Positions 39,529-49,810 are shown, numbered from the stretch's first letter. The stretch is DNA of 64,000 nt from Planctomycetota bacterium (GCA_965223265.1 OZ244999.1:4288001-4352000), one strand, 5' to 3'. The notes: generated by a model from the letters alone, not told the origin. Made by a program: numbers and translations.

Positions 39529-41811
39529 CTACTCGAGGTAGATGAATTCGCTCGTGTTGAAGAGAACAAGACAAAGATCGGCAAGCCTGCTGTTGCCGAC
39601 GCTGGCGGGCACTGTGGCCGGTGCTGCGACTTCGTCTGCCGCTGCGGTCGAGTCAGCCGCACGCCCGAGCGTGCTTTCACTCGCGCTGTCAAAGGCTGAC
39701 GCTTTCGTCAAATCCACCGGCTCTGCGTCCAGAAACGCGACGCAGCGCTCGGATTCATCCGCGCTCGGCGGGCGCTGAAACGCCAGCTGAAACGCCCGCT
39801 CGACTTGAGCGCGCGGGTCATTGCCGACCTCGCTTGCAACGCGCTCGGCCATGAACCGACTCTGCTCGTGCATGAATTCACTGTTGAAGAGCGCGAGGAC
39901 CTGAGGCGTGGTTGTGTTCGTACCTCGCACGGGGCAGCTCTCATCGATGTTGGGTCCGTTGAACACCTTCAGCATAGGATGCTGCAGCGAGCGAAACTGC
40001 AGCATGTAGACGCTGCGGCGGCTGCGCGCCGAACGCGACGACGGCTCCCACCACGTCGGTGCTTGTTGCATGAGCTGGTCGCTCACAGCCGGGAAGAAGG
40101 GCGGGCCGCCGCGCTGAGGGTTGAGCTCACCGCTCATGGCGAGCGTGGTGTCGCGAATCACTTCGGCTTCGACGCGGAGCGGATCACGCACCCACAGATA
40201 CTCGTTGAGTGGATCGATCGTCTCAAACTCGGCGCTCTTTGGGTGGGTCATCGCCTGTCGGTAGGTATTCGACGCCAGAATGAGCCGATGCACGGCCTTC
40301 CAGCTCCAACCGCTGTCGATGAACTTGACGGCAAGCCAGTCGAGAAGTTTCTCGTGAACGGTGCCGCTGCCGTTCTTACCCAAGTCGCTCGGTGTGGCGA
40401 CGAGCCCCTTGCCGAAGTGGTACTGCCAGATGCGGTTCACCATGACCCGCGCAGTCAGCGGATTCTCGGGGCTCGCGATCCAATCGGCGAGAAGACGGCG
40501 GCGGCTCCATGTCAGTCCATCGAGGTTGGCGTCGTTCGAGTTGCCTGTCGCCGCGGTGAGAAAACCCGGTTTGACCTCTTCGCCGCGGAGGCGGAAGTTG
40601 CCACCCGCAAGGACATACGTCGAGACGCGATCTTTGAGCGATGAATCGCGCACCATGTACGCCTTCGCCTGATAGTAGTCCGGCGCGTTAGGGTTGGCGA
40701 AACGCGCCGTCTGCCGCGCCATAAAGGAGTGCAGCTCGCGTTCCTCCTTCGTGAACATGACGCCGAGACCCATCTGGCGACCGACCTCCCTCGCGCCGAG
40801 CGGCAACGCCAAACTCTTGACGTCGAACGGCGCTATCAGCTGTCGCTGCTGACGAACACGCTCGGTGAACTCGGCGTGCTTCTTGTCGACAAACTCCTGA
40901 CGCCGTTTGAGAAGGTCCTCCCACGCTTTCTTGTCGCGCTCCCATGCCTCCGGATCCCGGTTCGGCGCCTCGTACTGCGTGAACGGCAGAGGTTTCGCCT
41001 CGGTGAGGAGAGGCGAGAAGAACGCTTCCATGCGGAAGTAGTCGCGCGCTGGGATTGGGTCAAACTTGTGATCGTGGCACTGAGCACACTCGAGCGTCAT
41101 GCCAAGAAAGACAGAGCCCGTTGTGCCGACAACGTCGTTGAGGTAATCGCGTCGGATCTGCTCCGAATCAACGCGCTCCACTTGCACCCATAAGCTAAGG
41201 TACGCCAGGCCGAGCTTGGCTTCATCGCCATAGTTCGAATAGGCATCGCCGGCGAGCTGTTCGCGGATGAAGCGGTTGTAAGGTCGGTCCTGGTTGAGCG
41301 CGCGGATGACGTAATCGCGGTAGCGCCACATGTGCGGCCGCGGATAGTCGATGGCGCCGCCGCGCGTGTCCGCGTAGCGCACGAGATCGAGCCAGTGACG
41401 CCCCCAGCGTTCGCCGTAGCCGGGATCGTCAAGAACCGCTTCGATCGCCGCTGACCACGAGTTGTCGTCGGGGGCGGTGAGAAAGGCCTGCATGTGCTCC
41501 GGCGTCGGCGGCAAGCCGAGGACGCCATAGTGAAGCCGTCTGAGCGCGGCCCGCGGCGACGCCGGCGGCGCCGGTTCAAGCTTCTTCGCCTCGAGCTGCG
41601 AGAGGATGAAGGCATCGATGGGATTCTTCACCCAGTCAGCGCGCTGTACGTCCGGCACGTCCGGCTCGACCAGCGGCGTCCACGGCCAGGCGGGGGGCGC
41701 CTTGGTCTTCACCGTGCTCGCGTCGGCGCCGAGGGCCGCGGAGGTAGCGGCACCTAACGAGAAAAGAAGAGCGAATCCGATCGTGAACCGGTTGCAGCGG
41801 CTGGTGATCAT
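39529..41811 (-). CDS. PSCyt2 (DUF1549) + PSD1 (DUF1553) planctomycete protein
   Basis: NPIDAFI, YGERWGRHWLDLVRYAD, CAQCHDHKFDPI, NPLTARVMVNRIWQYHFGKG and RRSVY motifs. Confidence 0.95.
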   Translation of the reverse strand: MITSRCNRFTIGFALLFSLGAATSAALGADASTVKTKAPPAWPWTPLVEPDVPDVQRADWVKNPIDAFILSQLEAKKLEPAPPASPRAALRRLHYGVLGLPPTPEHMQAFLTAPDDNSWSAAIEAVLDDPGYGERWGRHWLDLVRYADTRGGAIDYPRPHMWRYRDYVIRALNQDRPYNRFIREQLAGDAYSNYGDEAKLGLAYLSLWVQVERVDSEQIRRDYLNDVVGTTGSVFLGMTLECAQCHDHKFDPIPARDYFRMEAFFSPLLTEAKPLPFTQYEAPNRDPEAWERDKKAWEDLLKRRQEFVDKKHAEFTERVRQQRQLIAPFDVKSLALPLGAREVGRQMGLGVMFTKEERELHSFMARQTARFANPNAPDYYQAKAYMVRDSSLKDRVSTYVLAGGNFRLRGEEVKPGFLTAATGNSNDANLDGLTWSRRRLLADWIASPENPLTARVMVNRIWQYHFGKGLVATPSDLGKNGSGTVHEKLLDWLAVKFIDSGWSWKAVHRLILASNTYRQAMTHPKSAEFETIDPLNEYLWVRDPLRVEAEVIRDTTLAMSGELNPQRGGPPFFPAVSDQLMQQAPTWWEPSSRSARSRRSVYMLQFRSLQHPMLKVFNGPNIDESCPVRGTNTTTPQVLALFNSEFMHEQSRFMAERVASEVGNDPRAQVERAFQLAFQRPPSADESERCVAFLDAEPVDLTKASAFDSASESTLGRAADSTAAADEVAAPATVPASVGNSRLADLCLVLFNTSEFIYLE

Positions 41812-42163
41812 GCGCTGGGAGCCTCCCGGTGGTTCGGCAGTCGGCCGATAGAAATCTCGAAACTTAGAAGGTTTCATATCTTAGGGATTTTTCGCGCCGG
41901 CTTCAAGAGCGCCAGGAGCCGTTCTGAGGCGGGCCGGCGCCCGCTGGCGAGTTCTTGCGCCAGCCCTGGGCGCGCAGCAACGTCCATTGACGTACGAAAT
42001 GGCTACCGCCGCGGTGAATTCCCTCGTTCGGCGCGTGTCGCAAAGGGCGTCGTTCCGTGTCGTGTCGCAGCCACCTCCCTGCCACGTCCCTGCCCGGTGC
42101 GAGTAGAACGAAAAGAATGAATACGAGCGACGCAGATCCGTAGAGGCAACAGACGATCAAATC

Positions 42164-44289
42164 TTGGGGGACCGGACGATCCGCACCGATCGACGTTTCA
42201 CACTCGCCGCAGGAATCGGCGGCGTTGCCGCCGTGCTGACGCTGGCGTTCACCGCCCTGCGACCGAAGGACAGTGAGACCAACTGGATCCGACAGCTCTA
42301 CTCGCAGGACGCAGCCGCCGTCGATTCGGCGGCTGACGAGCTTGTGCGCCTCAAGTGTACTCGCGCGATTCCCGACCTCCTGTGGGCGCTTACAGACCGC
42401 GACGATGTGTTTCCGTCGTCCGGTTCGGTGCCGAACTACCGCGTCGTTCAAGCCTTCGAACCCGCGCAGTTGAGAGGTCTCGTCACCGCCGCAGCGCGCG
42501 TTGCACGGGAATCGCAGATGCAGGCGACCCGCGAGCTGCCGACGCTTCGGCGTGCTTTGCAGCACCCGCGCAGCGAAGTCGCCTGTGCTGCGCTGCTGGC
42601 ACTTACGGAGCTCGGCGAGGCCGCGGTGAGCGCGCTACCCGATGTGCTCGAGTTGCTGAACCACGGCGCCGATCAAACGGTCGCCGAGGCGACGCGCCAG
42701 CATTTGGCGTCTCGCTGCTTCAAAGCGCTGGGTGCAAATCTCGATGTCGAAGCGCTCGTGCAGCTCATCCCTGAGGGTCTGTGGAGAATGGATCATGTCG
42801 CGTGGAACGTCCGCCCCCTCTTGGAGCCCAGCCGCGACGCGCTGCGACCGTTCATGTCCTCAACTCGGGAAGAAATTCGCGAGCTCGGAATCCACCTCGC
42901 GGGCACGTTTCTCTATTCCACTCCCGAGTCGCTCGACGCGCCGGATTCCCCGGTGTCGGTTTTGATCGAAGGAACACAGGACGTCAGCGCCGTCGTGCGG
43001 GCGGCGGCCCTCTACTCACTCGCTGAGTACCCATCGGTCTTATCCGAAAGTCTTCTCAGATTCGCGGTTTCGGCATTGTCTGACATCGAGACGCGCGACG
43101 CGGCCACCGCAGCGATCACCGCAGTCCAACATCGCGCCGCGGTTATCCTCCCGAACGTCATGCGCTTGCTGGAATTGGACGACGTGGGCGTACGCGCCAC
43201 GGCAGCGGAGACTCTTGGAGCGATGGCGCCGTTCGGTGAACAAAGCCTTCCGCTTCTCGTGCGAGCGCTCAAGGACGAGAACCAACTCGTCCGCGAGACC
43301 GCCGCCGAAAGCCTCGTAGAGTATGGTTGGCGCTGCGCCAGCGTTGTGAGTACTACGGATCTACTGCAGGCATCTCGCGATGCGCTCCCGAACGTTCGGT
43401 CCTCAATCGCTACAGTTATGGGGTTGCTCCCCCAAAAAACCTCGGCCGTACACACTCGGCTGGTCGAACTCCTGGATGACGTCGACGCGGACGTCCGCAA
43501 GGCGACCGTGCGCGCGCTTGGCAACTGTCTCGAGGATGGCGCTGATGCGGTCGAACTTCTCGTCGCGGTGCGCGCGCACGCCGAAACAGAAGAGCTCGAA
43601 GACCTGACCGCTGAGGCGAACGCAGCTCTGCTGCGGATCGGGTCGATCGATGAACGCCTGGTGCAGCTGCGAGAGGAAGACGTCACTGGAATACGCCCGC
43701 CGCTGCCGCCTACACTCTCGGCGAGATTGGCTCGATCAACCACGACATCATACGCGAGCTTTGCGGCGCGCTCACGCACCCGGTCGAACGCGTTCGCGAG
43801 GAAGCGGCCACGGCGCTCGGCAAGCTGACGGCGCACGCATGCCTCGCCGTCCCAGCGCTCGCCAGACGACTTCGGGACCCACGGTACGAGGTGCGACGAG
43901 CCGCCGCGTGGGCGTTAGGACGCTTCGGATTTGAAGCCGCGTCGTCGGTGGACGAACTTCTGGTTGCTTGCGAAGACGAGGACGAGCGAGTTCGCCTCGC
44001 CGCGACCGAAGCCGTCGGACGCATCGAAGCCGACGCCGAAGATGTCGTGCCGGCGCTCGTCGCTCGCCTGGACGAAGACGACGCGCGACTGCGCGTCGCA
44101 GCCCTCGAATCTCTCAGGGCATATAGAGACGCGTGGGAATTCGTCGCGGCTGAGTTCGCTGGCGAGATGGCGAAGCTCTTGGACGACCACAGCGATCGGG
44201 TCCGCGCTGCTGCTGAGCGCACCTGGGCCGCGATGGAGTCGACGTCCGAAGCCCTGAGTCGTCGCAACTCACACAAGCCCGGCAGCTGA
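42164..44289 (+). pseudogene. Membrane-anchored HEAT-repeat protein, frameshifted near 43697
   Basis: HEAT motifs (VRATAAETLG, VRETAAESL, VRKATVRALG) in ORF 42164-43828 continue from 43699 in the frame of ORF 43891-44289 (AAAAYTLGEIG...VREEAATALG...VRRAAAWALG). Confidence 0.8.
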
Positions 44290-44452
44290 GCGACCCGACC
44301 TCGAGTTTGGACGTCTTGCGCTGGACTGTCCGGAGGAGTTCAGTGGGATGCAGAGGCTTTTCTCACTTTTTGCTCCCCTGAGCATGTTTTGTGAACGGAA
44401 AAACAGCAGGGGCATCCCATTGTTGCAAAAGAGAAGCAACGCCAGGCCATGC

Positions 44453-44536
44453 GCGTTTGCGTTTGCGTTTGCGTTTGCGTTTGCGTTTGCGTGGGCGTGG
44501 GCGTGGGCGTGGGCGTGGGCGTGGGCGTGGGCGTTT
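44453..44536. repeat. Compound hexamer microsatellite (GCGTTT)6(GCGTGG)7(GCGTTT)
   Basis: Counted directly in intergenic DNA. Confidence 0.95.
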
Positions 44537-44842
44537 GCGGGGGGCGTGGGCGGGGAGCGTCTGTTCAGAACGGCAGCGCACGCCGCGTGCGATCCGGATC
44601 ATCGAGGCGGCTCTTACGCCCTGCGCTGGCACTCACGGCGAGCGGCCGCTCGCCCCAGTCGCGCTTCCCGTGAGTCAGCAACTGACGAAACTGGTTCATG
44701 GTGGCACGCTTCCCTGCTGCGGCGTAGACTGCCAGATGGGAGGAGACGAAGAGCTCGCAACGTGCACGACACGCCCCCGCGGTGTGCGAGTCCGGCCTGC
44801 CTTCGGTCGGACGCGCCACGCTGAAGATCGAGAGCCATCGAC

Positions 44843-45538
44843 ATGAAGCCACACGATCCAGCGCGCCGACGGAAACGCCGTCTCGGCCTGGCCCTCGGAA
44901 TCGTCGCTGCGGCCGTGATCGTAGCAGTGCTCCTGTCGCCGAGCGTCCAAAACCGCGTGCGGTTCGCTTGGCGATTCGCCAAGATCGGCGGTGACCGTTT
45001 CGTCGCTCTCTACCGCGAGCGCGACACCAGCTCCGAGTGGTGGTTGATTCATCCGGAGGCGTTTTCCGATGCAGAAAAGACGGTCGCGTTCGGCGACTTC
45101 GTTAACGCCGGTGATCGCGTCCGCCGCTACGTCAAGAGACATGGCCGTCCGCTTCTCGTTCGCGCTGACGAGTTTCACCCGCTGACGATGACGTCGGGGC
45201 TCTTCGGGGGCTACACGAGCCCGTTTCGCGTGAATGCGAGCTCGATTCGCCTCCACCACCGTTCTGGAACCACCAACTCGACACTGTTAGCGTCAGCTCT
45301 CGGGGATGTCGGTCGGCTCCGGCTGGCGCACGGCCAATTGTGGGAGCCGCAGGTGAGCCTCGAACGCGCCAACCGAGGCTCGATCGAAGACCGACTCGGA
45401 GTGACGATCCGGCGGGTGCCAGCGCCGGACGGTCGTGAGGCGCTCGAAGTATCCGACACACCGCGGTCTCGCGGCGCACCACACTCCGAGACTTTCCTGC
45501 CGCCCGGGATCAACTCCTCAGCTCAGACCACGAGTTGA
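44843..45538 (+). CDS. N-anchored hypothetical protein, paralogue of 46297
   Basis: Basic N-terminus and TM helix; QNRVRFAWRFAKIGG...ALYRER...EWWLIHPEA shared with 46297. Confidence 0.8.
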   Translation: MKPHDPARRRKRRLGLALGIVAAAVIVAVLLSPSVQNRVRFAWRFAKIGGDRFVALYRERDTSSEWWLIHPEAFSDAEKTVAFGDFVNAGDRVRRYVKRHGRPLLVRADEFHPLTMTSGLFGGYTSPFRVNASSIRLHHRSGTTNSTLLASALGDVGRLRLAHGQLWEPQVSLERANRGSIEDRLGVTIRRVPAPDGREALEVSDTPRSRGAPHSETFLPPGINSSAQTTS

Positions 45539-45598
45539 ACCGAGGTTTCAAGCTCGGCGTCACTCACTCGTCCCTCATCTCGTTTGCTCATTGAGAAA

Positions 45599-45667
45599 GT
45601 AGCAGGCACACTCCTGTGTGCCGTCTGCTCCCTTTCTTTCTACGGCACACAGGCGTGTGCCTGCTAC
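45599..45667. repeat. REPIN: inverted pair of GTAG-type REPs
   Basis: GTAGCAGGCACACTCCTGTGTGCCG, 19-nt spacer, CGGCACACAGGCGTGTGCCTGCTAC. Confidence 0.85.
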
Positions 45668-45760
45668 GATGTTGAAGCTCACTCGCCAAGGCGATCAACC
45701 ACTGTGCCCCCAAGCTCCCGAATCCACGGTCGAATATTGAACCAGGTAGCTCCTCAACGA

Positions 45761-46231
45761 ATGGCGCCATGCGGTGCTGCCAGCTCCGCCTTCCCGCGTC
45801 TGACACCGCGGGCGGTATACCTGGCGCTCTGCTGGCTTGCTCTCGTAAGTGGTTCGGTTGCCTCCGAAAGCGCCAGTCCCGGTGCGGGAAACGTGACCGT
45901 CCGAATCGACACGCCAATGCCCCCTCCCGCTTGGGCTCTCCTCGAACGGGAGCTGCTGCGCGCCAACACTCACGCCTGCGAAGAGTTCTTCGCGCGCTAC
46001 TTCGATGCGCGGGGATACCTTCAGTGCGTCGTGCGCTGGGGAGGCATCGATGGTCCAGACGATGCCATCGAAAGCGTGGCCGAATGGACCCTACTGCACG
46101 CACTCGGCGGGCCAGACATTCTTCTCGACATGTACAGGAAAGCATGGGAGGGCCACCTGCGCCAGTACACCGAGGCGCGCACCGTGCAGGTGGAGTACGC
46201 CCGCGACGGGATGTACTACAAAGAATTCCCC
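45761..46231 (+). pseudogene. Probable 5' fragment of a secreted conserved hypothetical protein
   Basis: Signal-like start, then PPPAWALLERELL...RWGGIDGPDDAIE...WEGHLRQYT...DGMYYKEFP; the frame then loses protein-like character and overlaps the next gene. Confidence 0.6.
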
Positions 46232-46296
46232 ACTCAACTGAGTGCAGTGACTGGCGCTGCAAGTGATCTCTCCTTCGCAAGCCCAGGAGCAAGGAA

Positions 46297-46917
46297 TTGC
46301 ATGCCCATCTACAAGCGCCCCGAACAGCGCGTCGCGTTGGCCTCGCGCTCGGTCTTGCCGCTGCAGTGGTCGCCGGCGTGCTCCTACTATCGTCGAACAT
46401 CCAGAATCGACTGCGGTTCGCGTGGCGATTCGCCAAGATCGACGGCAATGACTCCATCGCGCTCTACCGCGAGCGCGCCACCGGCGACGAGTGGTGGCTG
46501 ATCCACCCGGAGGCGCTGACCGACGCGGAAGGAATCTTTGCCGGGGACGGAGACCGTCTTCGACGGTACGCGAAGAAGCGTAACCTGCCGCTCGTCGTCC
46601 GGAACGCGTGCAACCCCAAACGATTGGCGGCGCTCCTCGTGGGCGAGCGCGAGTTGGGCCTACGGATCTCTTACGCCCGCGGAATTGCACACGAATTCCG
46701 TTTCTGGGGGCCCATCGACACGAGCGATCACGGGACGGAAAACCGCCTTGGCCTGAGGACCCGCGCCGCGTTCACGCCCCGAGGCGAAGCAGCGATCGAG
46801 GTGAGCCCGAAGTACAGGGTTCTAAGAATACGTCAAAAACAGGTGTCGTTCGGTCCTCCGAACTACATCGACTCCGGCTCTGTCCTCGAAGTCAGGCTGT
46901 CGCATATCACGGAATGA
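46297..46917 (+). CDS. N-anchored hypothetical protein, paralogue of 44843
   Basis: QNRLRFAWRFAKIDG...ALYRER...EWWLIHPEA; GGAG upstream of the TTG start. Confidence 0.75.
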   Translation: MHAHLQAPRTARRVGLALGLAAAVVAGVLLLSSNIQNRLRFAWRFAKIDGNDSIALYRERATGDEWWLIHPEALTDAEGIFAGDGDRLRRYAKKRNLPLVVRNACNPKRLAALLVGERELGLRISYARGIAHEFRFWGPIDTSDHGTENRLGLRTRAAFTPRGEAAIEVSPKYRVLRIRQKQVSFGPPNYIDSGSVLEVRLSHITE

Positions 46918-46944
46918 TCGCAAACGAGACACGAAACCGAGCGC

Positions 46945-47673
46945 TCACTCCTCCAGCGCCGGATCAAGCCGACGCACCCGTCTCGCCTCCCGCACGCCGA
47001 GCGCGTGGGTGGCGACGAAGAGCGGGACGAAGAGAATCAGACAGACGAACGTCACTAAGAGCGTGCCATCGAAGTCGGTGAGAAAGCGCCCCACCGAGCG
47101 CAGGCTGTCCGGCACTTGATTCCAAGCGAAGTAGCTGAACCCGCGCGCCGCGCCGGGGACCCACAGTCCAGCGGCGAGCCCACCGCTTGCGATCACTCCG
47201 AGTGCCAGACCGCCGCAGGCGAAGACTCCGGCAGCAGCCGCGGCAAAGGCAAAACCGAGCGGCACGCAAGCTGCAGCACCCCAAGCGAAAAAGAGGCTCG
47301 CAACGAGCCCTCCCATGCCCACGAGTCCGATGGCCACGCCACCGAAGGCGAAGAGCCCGCAGGCCACACCGCCGAACGCAAACACGCCGACGGCCCGCGG
47401 TCCCACCGCCACAACACCTCGCGCCGTACCGTGCGTTCTGACGTCGATCAGCGGCAAACGCGGCCTGAGCATGTAACCGACTGTGCGGGGCGGGCCGTGA
47501 TCCTCAATCGCTTGGAAGACCGCATCGGCTTCGCCGACGCCACTCGCCATCAAGTGTGCTACCTTCGCTTCGAGGTGGTCTTGCAACTCCGCGCGCACGC
47601 CCGCCGCATCCTCGGGTCGACGATTGGCATAGATCATCACTCGGTCGAGGTATTTCTCCAGCGCTCGGCTCAT
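46945..47673 (-). CDS. PadR-associated membrane protein (permease prefix domain 1 plus Gly-rich TM hairpins)
   Basis: LEKYLD...VRAELQDHLE...AIEDHG N-domain; ARGVVAVG...GGVAxG repeats; ATGA coupling to the PadR gene. Confidence 0.85.
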   Translation of the reverse strand: MSRALEKYLDRVMIYANRRPEDAAGVRAELQDHLEAKVAHLMASGVGEADAVFQAIEDHGPPRTVGYMLRPRLPLIDVRTHGTARGVVAVGPRAVGVFAFGGVACGLFAFGGVAIGLVGMGGLVASLFFAWGAAACVPLGFAFAAAAAGVFACGGLALGVIASGGLAAGLWVPGAARGFSYFAWNQVPDSLRSVGRFLTDFDGTLLVTFVCLILFVPLFVATHALGVREARRVRRLDPALEE

Positions 47674-48035
47674 GCATAGCCTCCTTTCGCTTGTGCGCGC
47701 CCACCAGCGTCCGGCCCGAGCAGGTTTTGCATCACCTGCACCAACCCCTGCCACTGCTGGCGGTTCTCGTTCAAAGCTTTGCGCCCGCGGGCGCTCAATC
47801 GGTAGTACTTGCGCTCGCGACCGTTTTCCCCCTTGGACCAAGTCGCCGTGATCAACTCGCGCTCTTCCATGCGATGGAGCACTGGATAGATCGTGCCCTC
47901 TCCGAGCCGCAGAAGTCCTTCGGCGCGAACATTCAGATCCTGCACGATCTGGTAGCCGTAGCTCGGTCCAGCTTCAAGGACCGCCATGATCAGCGTCTCG
48001 ACGTTGCCGTCGAGTGTCTTCTTCTTCAAGTGCAT
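47670..48035 (-). CDS. PadR family transcriptional regulator
   Basis: YGYQI, EGTIYPVLHRME and RKYYRLSARG motifs. Confidence 0.95.
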   Translation of the reverse strand: MHLKKKTLDGNVETLIMAVLEAGPSYGYQIVQDLNVRAEGLLRLGEGTIYPVLHRMEERELITATWSKGENGRERKYYRLSARGRKALNENRQQWQGLVQVMQNLLGPDAGGRAQAKGGYA

Positions 48036-48145
48036 AGGAGTTGTTGCGTCCTTTGCCTTGCTCCGTCTAAGTGATAGGTTCGCGGTCGTAGATCACACCG
48101 CGTCGCACAGAACGCCGCCGCCCCAGTGCTTCCTCATCAAACCGG

Positions 48146-48190
48146 ATACCTGACGCTGTCAGGCCTCTATACCTTATGGTGACAGGTATA
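48146..48190. promoter_or_regulatory. Tandem putative PadR operators (ACCT-N9-AGG)
   Basis: ATACCTGACGCTGTCAGG and TATACCT-N9-AGGTATA palindromes 110-155 bp upstream of the PadR gene. Confidence 0.6.
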
Positions 48191-48300
48191 CGATTTCAAC
48201 CAAAAACCCTCGAGCGGCAACAGACTCTTGTTTTCCCGTTCTCGAACCAGGCGTCATCGGCTGAGCGCTCCACTGCGTTTTCACTGCCAACCTAACCTAA

Positions 48301-48479
48301 CAGCCTGTTGAGAAAGTGCTTCGCGCTGAAAACTGGTCGCTTCGCGTCCAGATCAGCCGCGGCGAACGCAGGTAATCTCCGAGCCCTCTTCTATAAGATA
48401 TACACGGCGAGGCTCGCCGCCGCTGATCTGGGCGTGAAGAGGCCGGTTTCTCAGCCGAATGACTTTTTCAGGCGGGCTG
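48301..48479 (+). mobile_element. MITE, long variant, 179 bp, CTAA target duplication
   Basis: CAGCCTGTTGAGAAAGT ... ACTTTTTCAGGCGGGCTG; CTAA at 48297-300 and 48480-83; ~20 bp extra centre. Confidence 0.88.
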
Positions 48480-48751
48480 CTAACTCAACAGTGCTCAGTG
48501 GGAACCTTTCATCAGCCGACAACCGGCGAGCTGCCACCTGCCTCCACCGGTGATCGCCCGACAGACATCATCGCCGTCACATACACTTCAGACTAAAATC
48601 AAGACGTCCGAGGAGCTCAGCGGGCGGCTTTTCGTTGAAGCGACGAACGCCTTTCAGTTCCTCCGGTGTGTAAGGGGTCTCCGCGCCTGCACAGAAGCGT
48701 ATATGATCTGAAGGCGACGGAAGAACGAGATACGAAGAGAGCAGAGACGCT

Positions 48752-49810
48752 GTGAATCTACAGGACCCCGGAGGTCGCGGTTTTCCACGTCTCGTGGGCC
48801 TGGTTTTGATCGCGACTTCGATTGGGCTGACGCCGTGCGACACCACCCCGGATGTTCCGACTGCACTCCGTTTCTCTCGACTGCGAAGCTTCGGTGACCA
48901 CGTGTGGTCACTGGACTTCAGCATGGATGGGAAGCGCTTGGCTTGCGGGGGAAGGTGGACTTCAAACCTGTCCCTTTGGGAAGTCGCCACGGGCAAGCGC
49001 ACCCAAGACTATTCGCTGGAAAACGCCGAAGGTGTCAATCACGTCTCCCTGAGCCCGGACGGTCAGTTTCTAGCCGCCTCCTACAAGCTCCGGGGACTGG
49101 TCCTTTGGGACCTAAGTTCCGAGAGACAGGTATCAGTCCCCCGCGAGCTCGAGACTCGTTCCAGCGCTTACGCCAAGTTCTCTCCGGACAGCAAAACTCT
49201 CGCGGTCAAAGGAGACGACGGATCGACGTTGGAACTATGGCACGCCTCAAGTCTCCGGAGATCCAGGATTTTGGGACCACACGCTGGCGGCCTCTTCTGC
49301 TTCTCGTTCAGCCCGGACGGAAAGTCAGTTGCTGTCTCCGAACGGGGTAGACGCATCCGATGGTGGGATGTCAGCGACGGCAGGGAGCTGTCCGCCGTCG
49401 ACACGGAGGACAACGTCAAGGTCCTTGCCTTTTCTCCCGACGGCCGTAGCCTCGCATGGAGTTCAGGGTCGAACGCAACGGTGGTTGTCTGGGACCTCGG
49501 AAAGCGTCGAAGAATCAACACGCTCGAGCACGTGAACGCCATGGTCTCTGATCTGGCCTTCAGCCCAAACGGCGAGGTTCTAGTCAGCACGAGTCGTGGT
49601 GGCGTTCCTCTGGCAAGAAACGCAAAAGTCTGGGAGTTTCGCACAGGACGGGTACTTCAAACTCTGCCATGGAACGGCGGGATGCTGTGGGATGCCGCCT
49701 TCAGCCGTGACGGGACCGTCCTCGCGCTGGGTGGAGAAGGAGGAGTGACGCTATGGGGCTTGAAAGGAATGGTAGAGCAGGGGAATCTTAGAGATCCTCG
49801 TCGGTCATGA
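48752..49810 (+). CDS. WD40 repeat beta-propeller protein
   Basis: Seven FSPDG...WD/WE repeats and a hydrophobic N-terminus. Confidence 0.9.
   Translation: MNLQDPGGRGFPRLVGLVLIATSIGLTPCDTTPDVPTALRFSRLRSFGDHVWSLDFSMDGKRLACGGRWTSNLSLWEVATGKRTQDYSLENAEGVNHVSLSPDGQFLAASYKLRGLVLWDLSSERQVSVPRELETRSSAYAKFSPDSKTLAVKGDDGSTLELWHASSLRRSRILGPHAGGLFCFSFSPDGKSVAVSERGRRIRWWDVSDGRELSAVDTEDNVKVLAFSPDGRSLAWSSGSNATVVVWDLGKRRRINTLEHVNAMVSDLAFSPNGEVLVSTSRGGVPLARNAKVWEFRTGRVLQTLPWNGGMLWDAAFSRDGTVLALGGEGGVTLWGLKGMVEQGNLRDPRRS

Noticed and set aside
38033-41811. DUF1501 plus PSCyt2/PSD1 pair as a novel system
   Set aside because: Function is unknown, but this is a very common, highly paralogous planctomycete module.
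44348-44846. ORFs with AFAFAWAW, RLRLRGRG, VCVCVGVG and RPRPRKRK repeats
   Set aside because: All frames are open only because the hexamer repeat has no stop codons; the flanks are not protein-like.
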